In this document: positions 9,747 through 18,794 of the stretch, one piece after another
Numbering within the stretch: the first letter of the stretch is position 1
How the letters are laid out: each line of letters begins with the position of its first letter
Virus record (IMG/VR): IMGVR_UViG_3300046535_002148
Coordinates: 1-64,000 of that record
DNA: 64,000 bases
DNA from: a virus
Direction: 5' to 3' (one strand)
Position numbers and translations under genes: made by a program
The notes under the pieces: model-generated
Seen by the model: only the letters and a program-made list of their open reading frames with translations
What the model was told of the DNA's origin: nothing
The model's database searches: none

Positions 9747-10088
9747 ATGCCCGTCTTCAAGTACCTGGACCTGTCAACCGCCCACCTGCCGGCGGCTGAG
9801 CGGGACAAGCTCGACGACGGCACCGCGCCGGGCATCGTGCACCCGCACGAACACGGCTGGCGGGTGTGGGTGGCCGGGCACCCGGACTTCACCGGGAACG
9901 AGGAAGAGCGCTACACCGACATGCCGGCGCTGCTCACCTGCATCCGGTTCGCCCGGAAGCACGACTGCTACTGGGTCCTGTTCGACTCCGACGCCGACGT
10001 CGAGGAGGAGCTACCCACCTACGAGGACGAGAAGACCGAGGCCGAGGTCGTCGACATGGTCAGGAGGGGCATGCCTTGTCAGCACTGA
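9747..10088 (+). CDS. DUF5983-like protein
   Basis: LDLSTAHL...GWRVWV...WVLFDSDA...LPTYE. Confidence 0.6.
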   Translation: MPVFKYLDLSTAHLPAAERDKLDDGTAPGIVHPHEHGWRVWVAGHPDFTGNEEERYTDMPALLTCIRFARKHDCYWVLFDSDADVEEELPTYEDEKTEAEVVDMVRRGMPCQH

Positions 10089-10483
10089 ACTGGGTCTGCA
10101 CCGACAGCGCACCGCACTACGACGGGTCCTGCGCCGACTTCACTGATGCGGTCTCCTGGAGTGTGCGGTTCGCCCGACCGGGCGACGAGCGCTACACCGT
10201 CACGGTCACCCTGCGCACCGTCGACATGTTCGAGCGCACCGGCGAGGAGCACCACCGCGGCTGCTGGGAGGTCGAGGAGATCTTCGAATATGAGCGGTGG
10301 GTGGACGGCGAGCTCGACGAGATCGACGACCTGATGTCCTCGGCGGAGGTCAACTACCGCGACTTCACCCTCACCGAGGGCGACGAGCGTCTGCGGGCCG
10401 AGGAGGTGGCGCTGGCCTTCACCTGGGACTGGTGGCACAACGGCGCCGAGATGTACATCGCCTGGAACCCCGAGGAGCGCTGA
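10076..10483 (+). CDS. hypothetical protein
   Basis: AGGAGG RBS, TTG start; start position uncertain. Confidence 0.6.
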   Translation: MSALNWVCTDSAPHYDGSCADFTDAVSWSVRFARPGDERYTVTVTLRTVDMFERTGEEHHRGCWEVEEIFEYERWVDGELDEIDDLMSSAEVNYRDFTLTEGDERLRAEEVALAFTWDWWHNGAEMYIAWNPEER

Positions 10484-10824
10484 TGGTCGCCGCAGGTCGG
10501 ATCGAGTACACCGAGACAGTGCTGGAGAACGGCGACACCGAGGTGTCGCGCCAGGAGCACGAATCACCGAACCCCCGCGGCCGGGTCGTCGAGGTGTACG
10601 GAGCTTTCGGGTCCGGTCCGCGCCTCGACTACACCTGGCGCACGTGGGAGGTCTACCTCGACGGCGCGCACATCTGCAATGCCACCGACCTGGCCGAGGC
10701 CGGCCGCGCGATCACCGAGCAGATCAAGTTCCTCGACAGGAACTTCATCGACAACGTCAGCGATGACGCCGATGAGTACTGGCGGCAGGCCCGCTACGAG
10801 GCGAACACCGAGGAGACACCTTGA
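10483..10824 (+). CDS. hypothetical protein
   Basis: TGATG coupling. Confidence 0.65.
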   Translation: MVAAGRIEYTETVLENGDTEVSRQEHESPNPRGRVVEVYGAFGSGPRLDYTWRTWEVYLDGAHICNATDLAEAGRAITEQIKFLDRNFIDNVSDDADEYWRQARYEANTEETP

Positions 10825-11282
10825 CCGACACAACTGTGACCGTCGACCTGGCGGCGGAACTGCCCAACAACCTCGACCAGATCGTCCGGGTGTGGCTCAC
10901 CACTCCCGACGAGGCCGGCAACAGCGTTCTGGAGTGGGTCGGCGCCGCGGACTGGACCTGGGCCGAGGTCACCGTCCTTCACGTCGAGAGTCTCGTCGGC
11001 GAGCTGTTCGGCAACGGCATGAACAAGGAGCTGATCGACGGCCCGGCCCGCTTCATGCACACCGATGCCGTGGTCGACGGCGACGGAGTCCTCGACGGCC
11101 TGCGCTACCTGATCTCCGGGCCCGGCGACGAGATCTACTACCTCGCCTCCAGCTACCACCAGGCCGGTCACCTCGGCCCTCGCAACCTCGACGGGGTGGA
11201 GTTCGCCGTCTCCGTCCTGATGGATGCGATCTGCGAGTTCCGCGCGCTCACCAAGCTGTACCTGGCGATCGAGGCATCTTGA
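10821..11282 (+). CDS. hypothetical protein
   Basis: AGGAG RBS, TTGA coupling. Confidence 0.65.
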   Translation: MTDTTVTVDLAAELPNNLDQIVRVWLTTPDEAGNSVLEWVGAADWTWAEVTVLHVESLVGELFGNGMNKELIDGPARFMHTDAVVDGDGVLDGLRYLISGPGDEIYYLASSYHQAGHLGPRNLDGVEFAVSVLMDAICEFRALTKLYLAIEAS

Positions 11283-11286
11283 CCAC

Positions 11287-11311
11287 TTGCCCAATTACCC
11301 ACTTCGGGCAA
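11287..11311. promoter_or_regulatory. possible TA operator/promoter inverted repeat
   Basis: TTGCCC-N13-GGGCAA directly upstream of the antitoxin-like gene. Confidence 0.4.
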
Positions 11312-11343
11312 CACTGGAGGTCTCTCACGCAACGGAGGCACCG

Positions 11344-11577
11344 ATGGACACCTTGATCGAGACCGACGCCCGGGGTCGCGTCACCCTCCCCGGGATGGCC
11401 AACCGACGGTTCCTGATGCGGGAGACCGAGCACGGGACGGTCGTCCTCGAGCCTGCCGTCGTCATGAGTCAGGCGCAGTACGACTACGACACCGACCCCG
11501 AGCTGCAGGCCATGCTGCACGAGGCCATGACCGGTCCGCACCAGTCGCACCCGCGGCGCAAGCGCAGGCTCACGTGA
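11344..11577 (+). CDS. AbrB/MazE-like antitoxin
   Basis: TDARGRVTLP...GTVVLEP swapped-hairpin signature, acidic helical C-terminus. Confidence 0.6.
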   Translation: MDTLIETDARGRVTLPGMANRRFLMRETEHGTVVLEPAVVMSQAQYDYDTDPELQAMLHEAMTGPHQSHPRRKRRLT

Positions 11578-11846
11578 CCGAACCGATCTACTCCGATCGC
11601 GCCTGGGCACAGCTCGACAAGCTTGACGACGACAAGACCGCGACGCTCTACGACGCGGTCCTCGACGCGATCGACCTCATCACCGACAGCACGTCGGAGG
11701 CGATGGCACGTTCGGACACCTTCCGCACCGACGACGGGCTGTTGAGGCGCCTGCCGATCGTCGGCCACTACAGCTGGTGCGTGTTCTGGTCCCCCGACGG
11801 GCCGAGCATCGAAGCCATCGCGCCGAGCCCCCGCGTCTCACGCTGA
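11574..11846 (+). CDS. RelE/ParE-like toxin
   Basis: 90 aa; YSDRAWAQLDKL helix-helix then LRRL...WCVFW strands; GTGA overlap with the antitoxin. Confidence 0.55.
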   Translation: MTEPIYSDRAWAQLDKLDDDKTATLYDAVLDAIDLITDSTSEAMARSDTFRTDDGLLRRLPIVGHYSWCVFWSPDGPSIEAIAPSPRVSR

Positions 11847-11859
11847 CCCCGGAAAACAC

Positions 11860-11897
11860 GAGCCCCGCACCGTCTGGTGCGGGGCTTTCTGCATGCC
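11860..11897 (+). terminator. hairpin of the cassette motif
   Basis: AGCCCCGCACC...GGTGCGGGGCTTTCTGCATGCC. Confidence 0.65.
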
Positions 11898-11911
11898 AGG
11901 AAGGAAATCGC

Positions 11912-12238
11912 TTGTTCCCCAGAGCCATTGGCAAGTTCGACAACATGCGCAAGCCGCAGGAGTTCGTCGTGCTGACCACCGACGGCGACGACCTGATCGT
12001 CCAGTCCGACAAGCGCTTCGGCCGCTTCAACTTCCGCACCGGCGAGGGCCGGCTCAGCACCAAGGGCAACAGCACGATCGACCTGCACCCGATCCGCGGC
12101 GGCATCGACTTCACCTTCCCGCCGGAGTTCGTCACCGCGTGCCTCGAGGCCGCGGCGCCCAAGGACGCCGAGGTCTCCCTGGCCGGCGGCGGCTTCATCA
12201 TCCAGACCACCGTCAAGGACATCGGAGGCCCCGCTTGA
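11912..12238 (+). CDS. hypothetical protein
   Basis: GGAAGGA RBS, TTG start. Confidence 0.65.
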   Translation: MFPRAIGKFDNMRKPQEFVVLTTDGDDLIVQSDKRFGRFNFRTGEGRLSTKGNSTIDLHPIRGGIDFTFPPEFVTACLEAAAPKDAEVSLAGGGFIIQTTVKDIGGPA

Positions 12239-12642
12239 CCACCACCATCACCCGACCGCGCCGCACCCGCCCGGACAGCATCCTGCTGGTCACCGGCGAC
12301 GACTGCAGCCTGACCGTCCGGTCGCACCTGTTCGGCGAGATGCTGACGCGCGCGACGCCGATCGTCGAGCACTACGTAAGCGACCTGTACCACGACGCGC
12401 TGTTCATCGACCAGCACGTCACCAAGGCCGTCTGCCTGGACTTCCTGGTGCGCGAGCACGGCACGCACATCAGCCTGGCCACCACGCCGCTGGACCACAA
12501 CACCGCCCGTCTGGCGGCGAGCTCCGCGGGCCCGGCGGCGAGTTTCTGGCGCATCACCGTCCGTCAGGACCGCCGTGGATGGTGGGCCGACTTCGTCAAG
12601 GTGCCGCTGGATCAGGTGCGCGCCCTGCCGGTCCTTCGATAG
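12235..12642 (+). CDS. hypothetical protein
   Basis: GGAGG RBS, TTGA coupling. Confidence 0.6.
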   Translation: MTTTITRPRRTRPDSILLVTGDDCSLTVRSHLFGEMLTRATPIVEHYVSDLYHDALFIDQHVTKAVCLDFLVREHGTHISLATTPLDHNTARLAASSAGPAASFWRITVRQDRRGWWADFVKVPLDQVRALPVLR

Positions 12643-12710
12643 CACGACCGATCACCGAAGGGCCCCGGCATTCGTCGAGGCCCTTCCTGCATGTCTGGAG
12701 ACGATCAACC

Positions 12711-13244
12711 ATGTTCAGGACTGACCTCTCCCTCCGGATCGAGGGCCTACACCGCTACGCCACCAACGCCTGGGTCGACGAGCTCTGGCGCCTGGTCTCC
12801 AAGGAGATCCAGAAGCAGTTCCCCGCCGCGAAGGCCTACAAGACCGACGGCCAGCTGGGCGAGGAATGGATTCTTGGCGTCAACATCACCGAGATCACCG
12901 ACGCCGAGGGCAAGGTGCTGGCCGACAACGACGAGAACCAGACCCCGGCGTTCGACGCGCTCACCGACGTCGCCGAGCCCATGCTGCAGGAGATCGCCGA
13001 GCTCACCGGCGAGGACCTGATGCACGAGAACGAGCACAGCGTCGACCCCAAGCCGCTGGCTGACAACCCGCTGACCTTGCTGGTCACCGGCACCCCGGCC
13101 GACGGTTTCACGTTCTACGGCCCGGTCACCACGAACAGTGGCGCCCTCGACGAGTTCGTCGACCAACAGCTCAGCGACCAGTACTGGTGGTACACGGAGC
13201 TCCAGTCGCTGCCCATCCCTTCCTTCACCAACTGCGAGGACTGA
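12711..13244 (+). CDS. hypothetical protein
   Basis: GGAG RBS after the hairpin motif. Confidence 0.7.
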   Translation: MFRTDLSLRIEGLHRYATNAWVDELWRLVSKEIQKQFPAAKAYKTDGQLGEEWILGVNITEITDAEGKVLADNDENQTPAFDALTDVAEPMLQEIAELTGEDLMHENEHSVDPKPLADNPLTLLVTGTPADGFTFYGPVTTNSGALDEFVDQQLSDQYWWYTELQSLPIPSFTNCED

Positions 13245-13465
13245 TGGCCAAGGTCTGGTCCGTGCTGCTGCCCGTGCACGTCATCGCCGACACCGCCGAG
13301 GAGGCTATGGAGATCTTCGGTCCGATCGTCGACGACGGCGCGGTCCGAATCACCCTCACGCGCCTGCCCCACGTGTACGTCGACGCGATCCACGCTAACT
13401 ACCCCGACTGTCACGCACCCGAGCACGTCTACGACACCAAGGAACCGGAGGGCGAGAACGCGTGA
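13244..13465 (+). CDS. hypothetical protein
   Basis: TGATG coupling. Confidence 0.6.
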   Translation: MAKVWSVLLPVHVIADTAEEAMEIFGPIVDDGAVRITLTRLPHVYVDAIHANYPDCHAPEHVYDTKEPEGENA

Positions 13466-13812
13466 CCACTCAGATCGTGCACCGCTCGGACTGCTCACTG
13501 CACAACCAGCCGGCCTACCTGCCCGACCCATGCGACTGCGGGGCCAATCCCGGCCAGCTGCCCGACCGCCTGGACTGCGCGATCGAGCGCACCCGAGGCG
13601 AGGAGGTCCGCATCGCCTCCCGCGAGCCGGACGAGGTCAAGGTGTGGTTCACCGACTGGGGCTACGAGGGCCAGGCGCAGTTCGTGATCCTCGGCGCCGA
13701 CAAGCAGGTCCTGCTGGAACTGCACCCGCAGGAAGCCTGGGAGCTGGCCTGCGCGCTGATGGTCGTCGCGAAGAGCGCCGAGGCAGCAACTCCTGTCGAG
13801 GTGCGTGGCTGA
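13462..13812 (+). CDS. hypothetical protein
   Basis: GTGA coupling; N-terminal HxSDCxLHN...CDCG. Confidence 0.65.
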   Translation: MTTQIVHRSDCSLHNQPAYLPDPCDCGANPGQLPDRLDCAIERTRGEEVRIASREPDEVKVWFTDWGYEGQAQFVILGADKQVLLELHPQEAWELACALMVVAKSAEAATPVEVRG

Positions 13813-13988
13813 TGCAGATACTCCACCTTCAGCCACTGGAGTCCGGCGCGCCACTGAACGCCGTGCTCGCCCAGATCACCGATGCCGTCACCACTGGACG
13901 GCCTGTGGTCGTGGCCATCCTCAACACCGACCAGAGCATCGAGGAGATCAGCAATCGGATCCGCCGCCCCCGCCGTTTGCCGAGCTAG
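13812..13988 (+). CDS. small hypothetical protein
   Basis: TGATG coupling. Confidence 0.5.
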   Translation: MQILHLQPLESGAPLNAVLAQITDAVTTGRPVVVAILNTDQSIEEISNRIRRPRRLPS

Positions 13989-14007
13989 CTCCGGAAGGAA
14001 TCCCTCG

Positions 14008-14406
14008 TTGAACGCTGATGAGCTCACCGAGGACGAGAGCAACGTCCTCGACGACCTGGTCCACGACACCGCCGCGGCGCAGGCGGCGAACGCCATCGCC
14101 TCGGGCGAGCAGATGGATTGGCTGGTCCTGATGACCGGCAGGAGCCCCGAGGACATCCTCGAGGAGGTCGAACGCCGCGCCTGCATGGACGAGGTCACCA
14201 GGCACGTCTACCAGGTGGAGGTGTTCACCCAGAAGGTCGGCCACGACCCGTTCCGTGGCGACCTGGCCGAGATCGCCGCAGCCATCAGTGATGGCAACGA
14301 CGTCGGCGACGTCCGCCACGTCAGCGAGGAGCCGGTGCCCTTCAGCGAGCTGCGCCGGCACCTGATCCGCATCGGCAATGACGGCGAGTTCTTCGCACCC
14401 GCCTAG
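14008..14406 (+). CDS. hypothetical protein
   Basis: GGAAGGA RBS, TTG start. Confidence 0.65.
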   Translation: MNADELTEDESNVLDDLVHDTAAAQAANAIASGEQMDWLVLMTGRSPEDILEEVERRACMDEVTRHVYQVEVFTQKVGHDPFRGDLAEIAAAISDGNDVGDVRHVSEEPVPFSELRRHLIRIGNDGEFFAPA

Positions 14407-14435
14407 TCCTGTACCGAACACGGAATGGAAGACCC

Positions 14436-14717
14436 TTGAACCTCACCTGGATCCCGGCCGAGTCGGCCGACGAGGAACACCCCGACGTCGAGACCTCGGG
14501 CGAGCTCCCCCCGCCGGCGGTCTGGGCGTCGGTCACCCACGAGGGGTGGCAGCAGTGGCGCTGGGGCGTCTGGCCCCGTTGGCTCTGGCAGGACATCGAC
14601 GAGGCCGGCGGCGCGCTCGCCGAAGGTTTCGTCACCACCGTCGAGGACGGCAAGACCGCCGTCCTCGAATGGCTCACCCAGCTCGCTGCCGACCGGACGG
14701 AGAACGGCACCCGATGA
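14436..14717 (+). CDS. hypothetical protein
   Basis: ORF track; coupled to next gene. Confidence 0.6.
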   Translation: MNLTWIPAESADEEHPDVETSGELPPPAVWASVTHEGWQQWRWGVWPRWLWQDIDEAGGALAEGFVTTVEDGKTAVLEWLTQLAADRTENGTR

Positions 14718-14923
14718 CGATGGACACCGACGGCGACCACGACGAGACGCTGACCAACTACGAGGTCAGCGTCTCGATCTATCTCGAGGCCACCGACCCG
14801 CAGGACGCCGTCCGGCAGATGGTCGCCTGGCTGGACGACTCCACCCGGCAGGCCCGCTACACACTCACACTGCCGGACGGCACCTCCACGTACGTGGACG
14901 CCGAGAACATGAACTGGAGGTAA
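14714..14923 (+). CDS. hypothetical protein
   Basis: ATGA coupling. Confidence 0.6.
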   Translation: MTMDTDGDHDETLTNYEVSVSIYLEATDPQDAVRQMVAWLDDSTRQARYTLTLPDGTSTYVDAENMNWR

Positions 14924-14927
14924 GCCG

Positions 14928-15155
14928 TTGAGCACCGATTACGACACTGTGCTGGCCGACTTCGTGACCGTCACCAAGGTCGGCTTCGACCGGTACACCG
15001 TCACGTTCTCCAGGCTCCCCGGCCGGAGGTTCGGACCATGGAACCTCGCCGAGACCAAACGCGACCTGCAGGTCTCCGCACTGCTTGACGGCGCCGAGGC
15101 CCGGGACCTGGTCCTGGACGCCGCATCCATGGGATCCGCCACCAGGAGGCTCTGA
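14928..15155 (+). CDS. hypothetical protein
   Basis: GGAGG RBS. Confidence 0.65.
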   Translation: MSTDYDTVLADFVTVTKVGFDRYTVTFSRLPGRRFGPWNLAETKRDLQVSALLDGAEARDLVLDAASMGSATRRL

Positions 15156-15395
15156 ATGAAGGTGGTCGTGCACGGCACGGTCCCGGTCGAGGTCGTCATC
15201 GACACCGATACCGGGACGGTCGAACAGGCCGTGGTGGACGACGAGCAGCTCTCCCTCGCTGCACCCGGCGTCCTCGTACCGGCCGCGGTGACCGACTTCG
15301 ACAAGAAGGCCGTCGACGACGACACCAGCAGGAAGGCTCTGAGCATCTTCCACAACAACGACGTCGAATGGCCGTCCTGGCAGTTCGGCTGGTGA
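15156..15395 (+). CDS. hypothetical protein
   Basis: AGGAGG RBS. Confidence 0.65.
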   Translation: MKVVVHGTVPVEVVIDTDTGTVEQAVVDDEQLSLAAPGVLVPAAVTDFDKKAVDDDTSRKALSIFHNNDVEWPSWQFGW

Positions 15396-15403
15396 GGACA
15401 CCC

Positions 15404-15769
15404 ATGGCGCGGTACGCGGTCGGAGACAAGGTCGACTTCTACAACCCCGAGTGGCGCCAACCCATGAGCGCGACCGTGACCGAGGTCCACGGCCCCGACG
15501 ACGTCGACGTCGTCACCTACGACCTGAACTTCGTCGCCATCCACCTCCGAATCACCGGCCAGGAGTTGCTGCGGCCCTCCGTGGTCGACCTGGCCCCGTT
15601 CGAGGCGACGCTGTTCAAGGCGGCGCTGGCATGGGAACGCGCCACCCGCACCGCCAAGGTCTTCGGCATGACCGAGAACGAGATCGACCAGACCCTCGCC
15701 AGGGCGAGCAGAGAAGTGGAGGCCACAGATCACCGTGAACACCAAGCCGATCTACCGGCTCGAGAGTAG
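15404..15769 (+). CDS. hypothetical protein with SH3-like N-terminus
   Basis: YAVGDKVDFY...ATVTEV pattern. Confidence 0.6.
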   Translation: MARYAVGDKVDFYNPEWRQPMSATVTEVHGPDDVDVVTYDLNFVAIHLRITGQELLRPSVVDLAPFEATLFKAALAWERATRTAKVFGMTENEIDQTLARASREVEATDHREHQADLPARE

Positions 15770-15995
15770 TGACCGCATCGCCGAGGTCCGCCGACTCCGG
15801 GGGAAGCCCGTCGAAGTGGTCGTCAACCGCCTGCGGGCCAAGCATGGCGAGGAGCGCCACTTCGGGGTTCTCGTGGCCGTCGGCAGCGCGATGGTCGGCA
15901 GCAGCGGCGACTTCCTGGCCCTCCGCGACGGCACCGGGTACGACCGGGCTTGGTCGTTGGCCACCGTGGTGTCCGTGGAGGAGCTCCCGATCTGA
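15735..15995 (+). CDS. hypothetical protein
   Basis: GGAGG RBS. Confidence 0.6.
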   Translation: MNTKPIYRLESSDRIAEVRRLRGKPVEVVVNRLRAKHGEERHFGVLVAVGSAMVGSSGDFLALRDGTGYDRAWSLATVVSVEELPI

Positions 15996-16008
15996 TGGAT
16001 CGAGGCCG

Positions 16009-16236
16009 ATGAACACTCATTACGCACTGGTCGTCTTCAGCGGCGACTACGACAACGATCACCCCGACCCCGATCTGCGGGGTCGTGCACCGGACGCGGA
16101 CCTGATCGCAGCCGGCCCCGAGCAGTTCTGCTGGGAGGCCGCAGCCCGATGGACGACCAAGCGCCCGCTGCAGCGCGGCCAGCACGTCGAAATCGTCGCC
16201 CGCACCATGAATGCCGCTGAACCACCACCACTCTGA
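16009..16236 (+). CDS. hypothetical protein
   Basis: GAGG RBS; followed by hairpin. Confidence 0.6.
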   Translation: MNTHYALVVFSGDYDNDHPDPDLRGRAPDADLIAAGPEQFCWEAAARWTTKRPLQRGQHVEIVARTMNAAEPPPL

Positions 16237-16251
16237 CCCACCGTCACATTC

Positions 16252-16290
16252 AGGCCCCTGGCACCCGCCGGGGGCCTTTTGCATGTCTGA
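16252..16290 (+). terminator. hairpin of the cassette motif
   Basis: AGGCCCCTGGC...GCCGGGGGCCTTTTGCATGTC. Confidence 0.65.
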
Positions 16291-16300
16291 GAGGAGTCGC

Positions 16301-16996
16301 ATGCTCTACCTGTCCACACCTTCGGGTGGCCTGGTGCGTGAAGCGATGGAGTCCGGCCGCATCGGCTGCATGACCACGCCGATGCAGGGCAACAGGCTCC
16401 CGCCGAACGCCTGGTACGCCGCGGACAACGGCGTCTTCGGCAAGGGCTGGCCCGGTTACGACAAGTGGATGAGGTGGCTCGAGGCCACCGTCGCCGACTA
16501 CGGCACCGAGCGCCTGCTGTTCGCCACCGCACCCGATGTCGTCGGTGACTCGGAGGCCACGTTCCACCGCTCACGGACGTGGCTCCGGGTCATCCGCAAC
16601 CTCGGGGCACCAGCGGCGTTCGTCGCGCAGAACGGGATCGAGTCCAACCGCATGATCCCCTGGCGCGAGTTCGACATCCTGTTCCTCGGCGGCAGCCCCG
16701 AGTGCCTGCACTGCAACTGGGTCCGGCCCGCCACCGACTTCACGGTCAAGAACTGTCCGCACTGCCGGCACCTGCTCACCGAGTGGAAGCTGGGCCTCGG
16801 CGCCCGGGAGCTCACCGCCGAGGCCGTCAGCCGCGGCATCAAGGTCCACATGGGCCGGGTCAACTCCAAGCGGCGCCTGGCGATCGCGATGGAGTTCGGC
16901 TGCGCCACGGCCGACGGCACCTACATCGCCTTCGGACCCGACAAGAACCTGCCCCGCATCACCCGCTGGCTCGACGAGCTGGCCGGTGCCGCATGA
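16301..16996 (+). CDS. TGT/DpdA-like TIM-barrel protein with inserted zinc ribbon
   Basis: AADNGVF, APDVVGD, LFLGG, VHMGRVN, TADGT motifs; CLHC...CPHC insert. Confidence 0.5.
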   Translation: MLYLSTPSGGLVREAMESGRIGCMTTPMQGNRLPPNAWYAADNGVFGKGWPGYDKWMRWLEATVADYGTERLLFATAPDVVGDSEATFHRSRTWLRVIRNLGAPAAFVAQNGIESNRMIPWREFDILFLGGSPECLHCNWVRPATDFTVKNCPHCRHLLTEWKLGLGARELTAEAVSRGIKVHMGRVNSKRRLAIAMEFGCATADGTYIAFGPDKNLPRITRWLDELAGAA

Positions 16997-17307
16997 CCAG
17001 CAGGACGGCGAAACGGACTCCTACCCCGGCCGAGTTCGCGGCAATGCTCGTCGACACCGACGGGTACGGCGTCGTCTACTCCTCCCGCCAGCGCATCCCC
17101 GGTGGGGAGCTGGTGATCAGTAAGACCGTCTACGACTACTACCCCTCAGGGAAGATCCGCGGCCAGGTCCACGAATGCGTCGTGGCACGGATCGACGATC
17201 CCAAGCCCTTCTTGACCTCGATGGTGAGAGACCTGATCTGGTCAGCCAGCGAGCTGGCCGAGGAAGCCACCTACAACAACTGGTCCCCCGGCACCGTAGC
17301 CAACTGA
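16993..17307 (+). CDS. hypothetical protein
   Basis: ATGA coupling. Confidence 0.6.
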   Translation: MTSRTAKRTPTPAEFAAMLVDTDGYGVVYSSRQRIPGGELVISKTVYDYYPSGKIRGQVHECVVARIDDPKPFLTSMVRDLIWSASELAEEATYNNWSPGTVAN

Positions 17308-17362
17308 CGTCGAGTCACACACCTCACCCCCTGGCAAACGGCCAGGGGGCTTTCGCTTGCTC

Positions 17363-17409
17363 ATCAAGCGTTTCTGTCCCGGCCCGCATCCCGCCCCAAA
17401 AATTTTTCG
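17363..17409 (+). repeat. 47-bp bipartite element, copy 1
   Basis: ATCAAGCGTT...CCCCAAAAATTTTTCG; matches 33473-33519 at both ends with identical length. Confidence 0.6.
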
Positions 17410-17419
17410 GAGGACCCAC

Positions 17420-18496
17420 ATGTCCGCAGAGACGATGCTCCACCTCAACACCAACGTCCTGGTCGGCAACACCGACGCCCGCGGCAACGCCTGGCACTGG
17501 CGCGCCGACCTGCAGGGCATGGAGTCCAACCACTACACCGGGGCCATCCCCGTCGCCGACGTCGTGCGCCGGCTGTTCAACTGGAAGGCCGAGTCCCGCC
17601 GGGTCGCCGTGGAGGTCCCCGCGGACTTCGACACCATGACCCACCTCAACGACAACGGCATGCCGATGCGTTGGGACGTGCAGACCGAGCGCCAGGCGAT
17701 CACCCACGGCCAGACGCACCAGACCTTCGAGCTGTTCAAGGCCGGCTACGCCATGCACCAGTACGAGGAGTGGCTGCTGCAGTACGTCTCCAACATGCTG
17801 GGCGACTCCCTCGGCGTCTCCTCCGCCGGGCTGCTCAAGGGTGGCGCGATCGCCTGGGTCGAGGTGTCGGTGCCGGACTCCATCAACACCCCGCAGGGCG
17901 TCACCTTCCGGCCGAACCTCCTGGCCACCACGAGCTTCGACGGCAGCTGCGCCACCACCTACAAGCGCACGCTCACCGACACCGTCTGCGACAACACTCG
18001 CGCCATCGCCATGTCCGAAGCCTCGCCGACCTACAAGGTCCGCCACTCCAAGGGCAGCAAGGCCAAGGTCCTCGACGCCCGCCAGGCACTGGCGATGGTG
18101 CACCAGCTCGCCGACGACTTCGCCGCCGAGATCGCTGCCGCCTGCGCCATGCAGGTCACCACGGTCGAGTTCAACCGCTTCATGGACCTGGCCGTGCCGC
18201 TGACCAAGGACGGCACGAAGCTCGAGGGTCGGTCCAAGACCATGGCCGACAACAAGCGCGACCAGATGCTCACCCTGTGGCGCAACGACAAGCGCGTCGC
18301 TCCGTGGGCAGGCACCGCGCACGGTGTCATCCAGATGGTCAACACCTGGGCCCACCACGACCAGACGGTCCGCAACGCCACCCGCGCCGAGCGCAACCAG
18401 CTCAACACCATCGGCAACGAGTGGGAGAACCTGGACCGCGAGACGTGGTCGCAGCTGCAGCAGGCCATGGCCGGCGCCACCGCGGTCGCCGCATGA
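17420..18496 (+). CDS. DUF932 family (phage/plasmid-like) protein
   Basis: AWHW, SAGLLKGG, LLATTSFDGS, TVCDNT, VRHS, GTAHG motifs. Confidence 0.8.
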   Translation: MSAETMLHLNTNVLVGNTDARGNAWHWRADLQGMESNHYTGAIPVADVVRRLFNWKAESRRVAVEVPADFDTMTHLNDNGMPMRWDVQTERQAITHGQTHQTFELFKAGYAMHQYEEWLLQYVSNMLGDSLGVSSAGLLKGGAIAWVEVSVPDSINTPQGVTFRPNLLATTSFDGSCATTYKRTLTDTVCDNTRAIAMSEASPTYKVRHSKGSKAKVLDARQALAMVHQLADDFAAEIAAACAMQVTTVEFNRFMDLAVPLTKDGTKLEGRSKTMADNKRDQMLTLWRNDKRVAPWAGTAHGVIQMVNTWAHHDQTVRNATRAERNQLNTIGNEWENLDRETWSQLQQAMAGATAVAA

Positions 18497-18735
18497 GCCT
18501 GGTCTGCATCGAGAAGGGCGACCCGGAGCTCGGGGATTGCACCGGGTCGCCCTCGGAGCACAGCTCCCTGACCGGCGCGAGCGTCTTCGTGCGCTGCGAC
18601 GGTCACTACGAGAAGTACGTCGAGCGCACCCAGCCCCGGCTGGACGCCGTCAACGCCCGCTATCCCGACTCGTCGTTCGCCCCGGACTGGTTCGACCCGA
18701 CCTACGCCGGCGAGCACTGGGACAGCGACTACTAG
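18493..18735 (+). CDS. hypothetical protein
   Basis: ATGA coupling; PDWFDPTYAGEHWD. Confidence 0.65.
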   Translation: MSLVCIEKGDPELGDCTGSPSEHSSLTGASVFVRCDGHYEKYVERTQPRLDAVNARYPDSSFAPDWFDPTYAGEHWDSDY

Positions 18736-18749
18736 CAGCCCGTTCACCG

Positions 18750-18790
18750 AGCCCCCGGCACATGCCGGGGGCTCTTTGCATGTCCGGAGG
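18750..18790 (+). terminator. hairpin of the cassette motif
   Basis: GAGCCCCCGGCA CA TGCCGGGGGCTCTTTGCATGTCCGGAGG. Confidence 0.65.
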
Positions 18791-18794
18791 TCCG

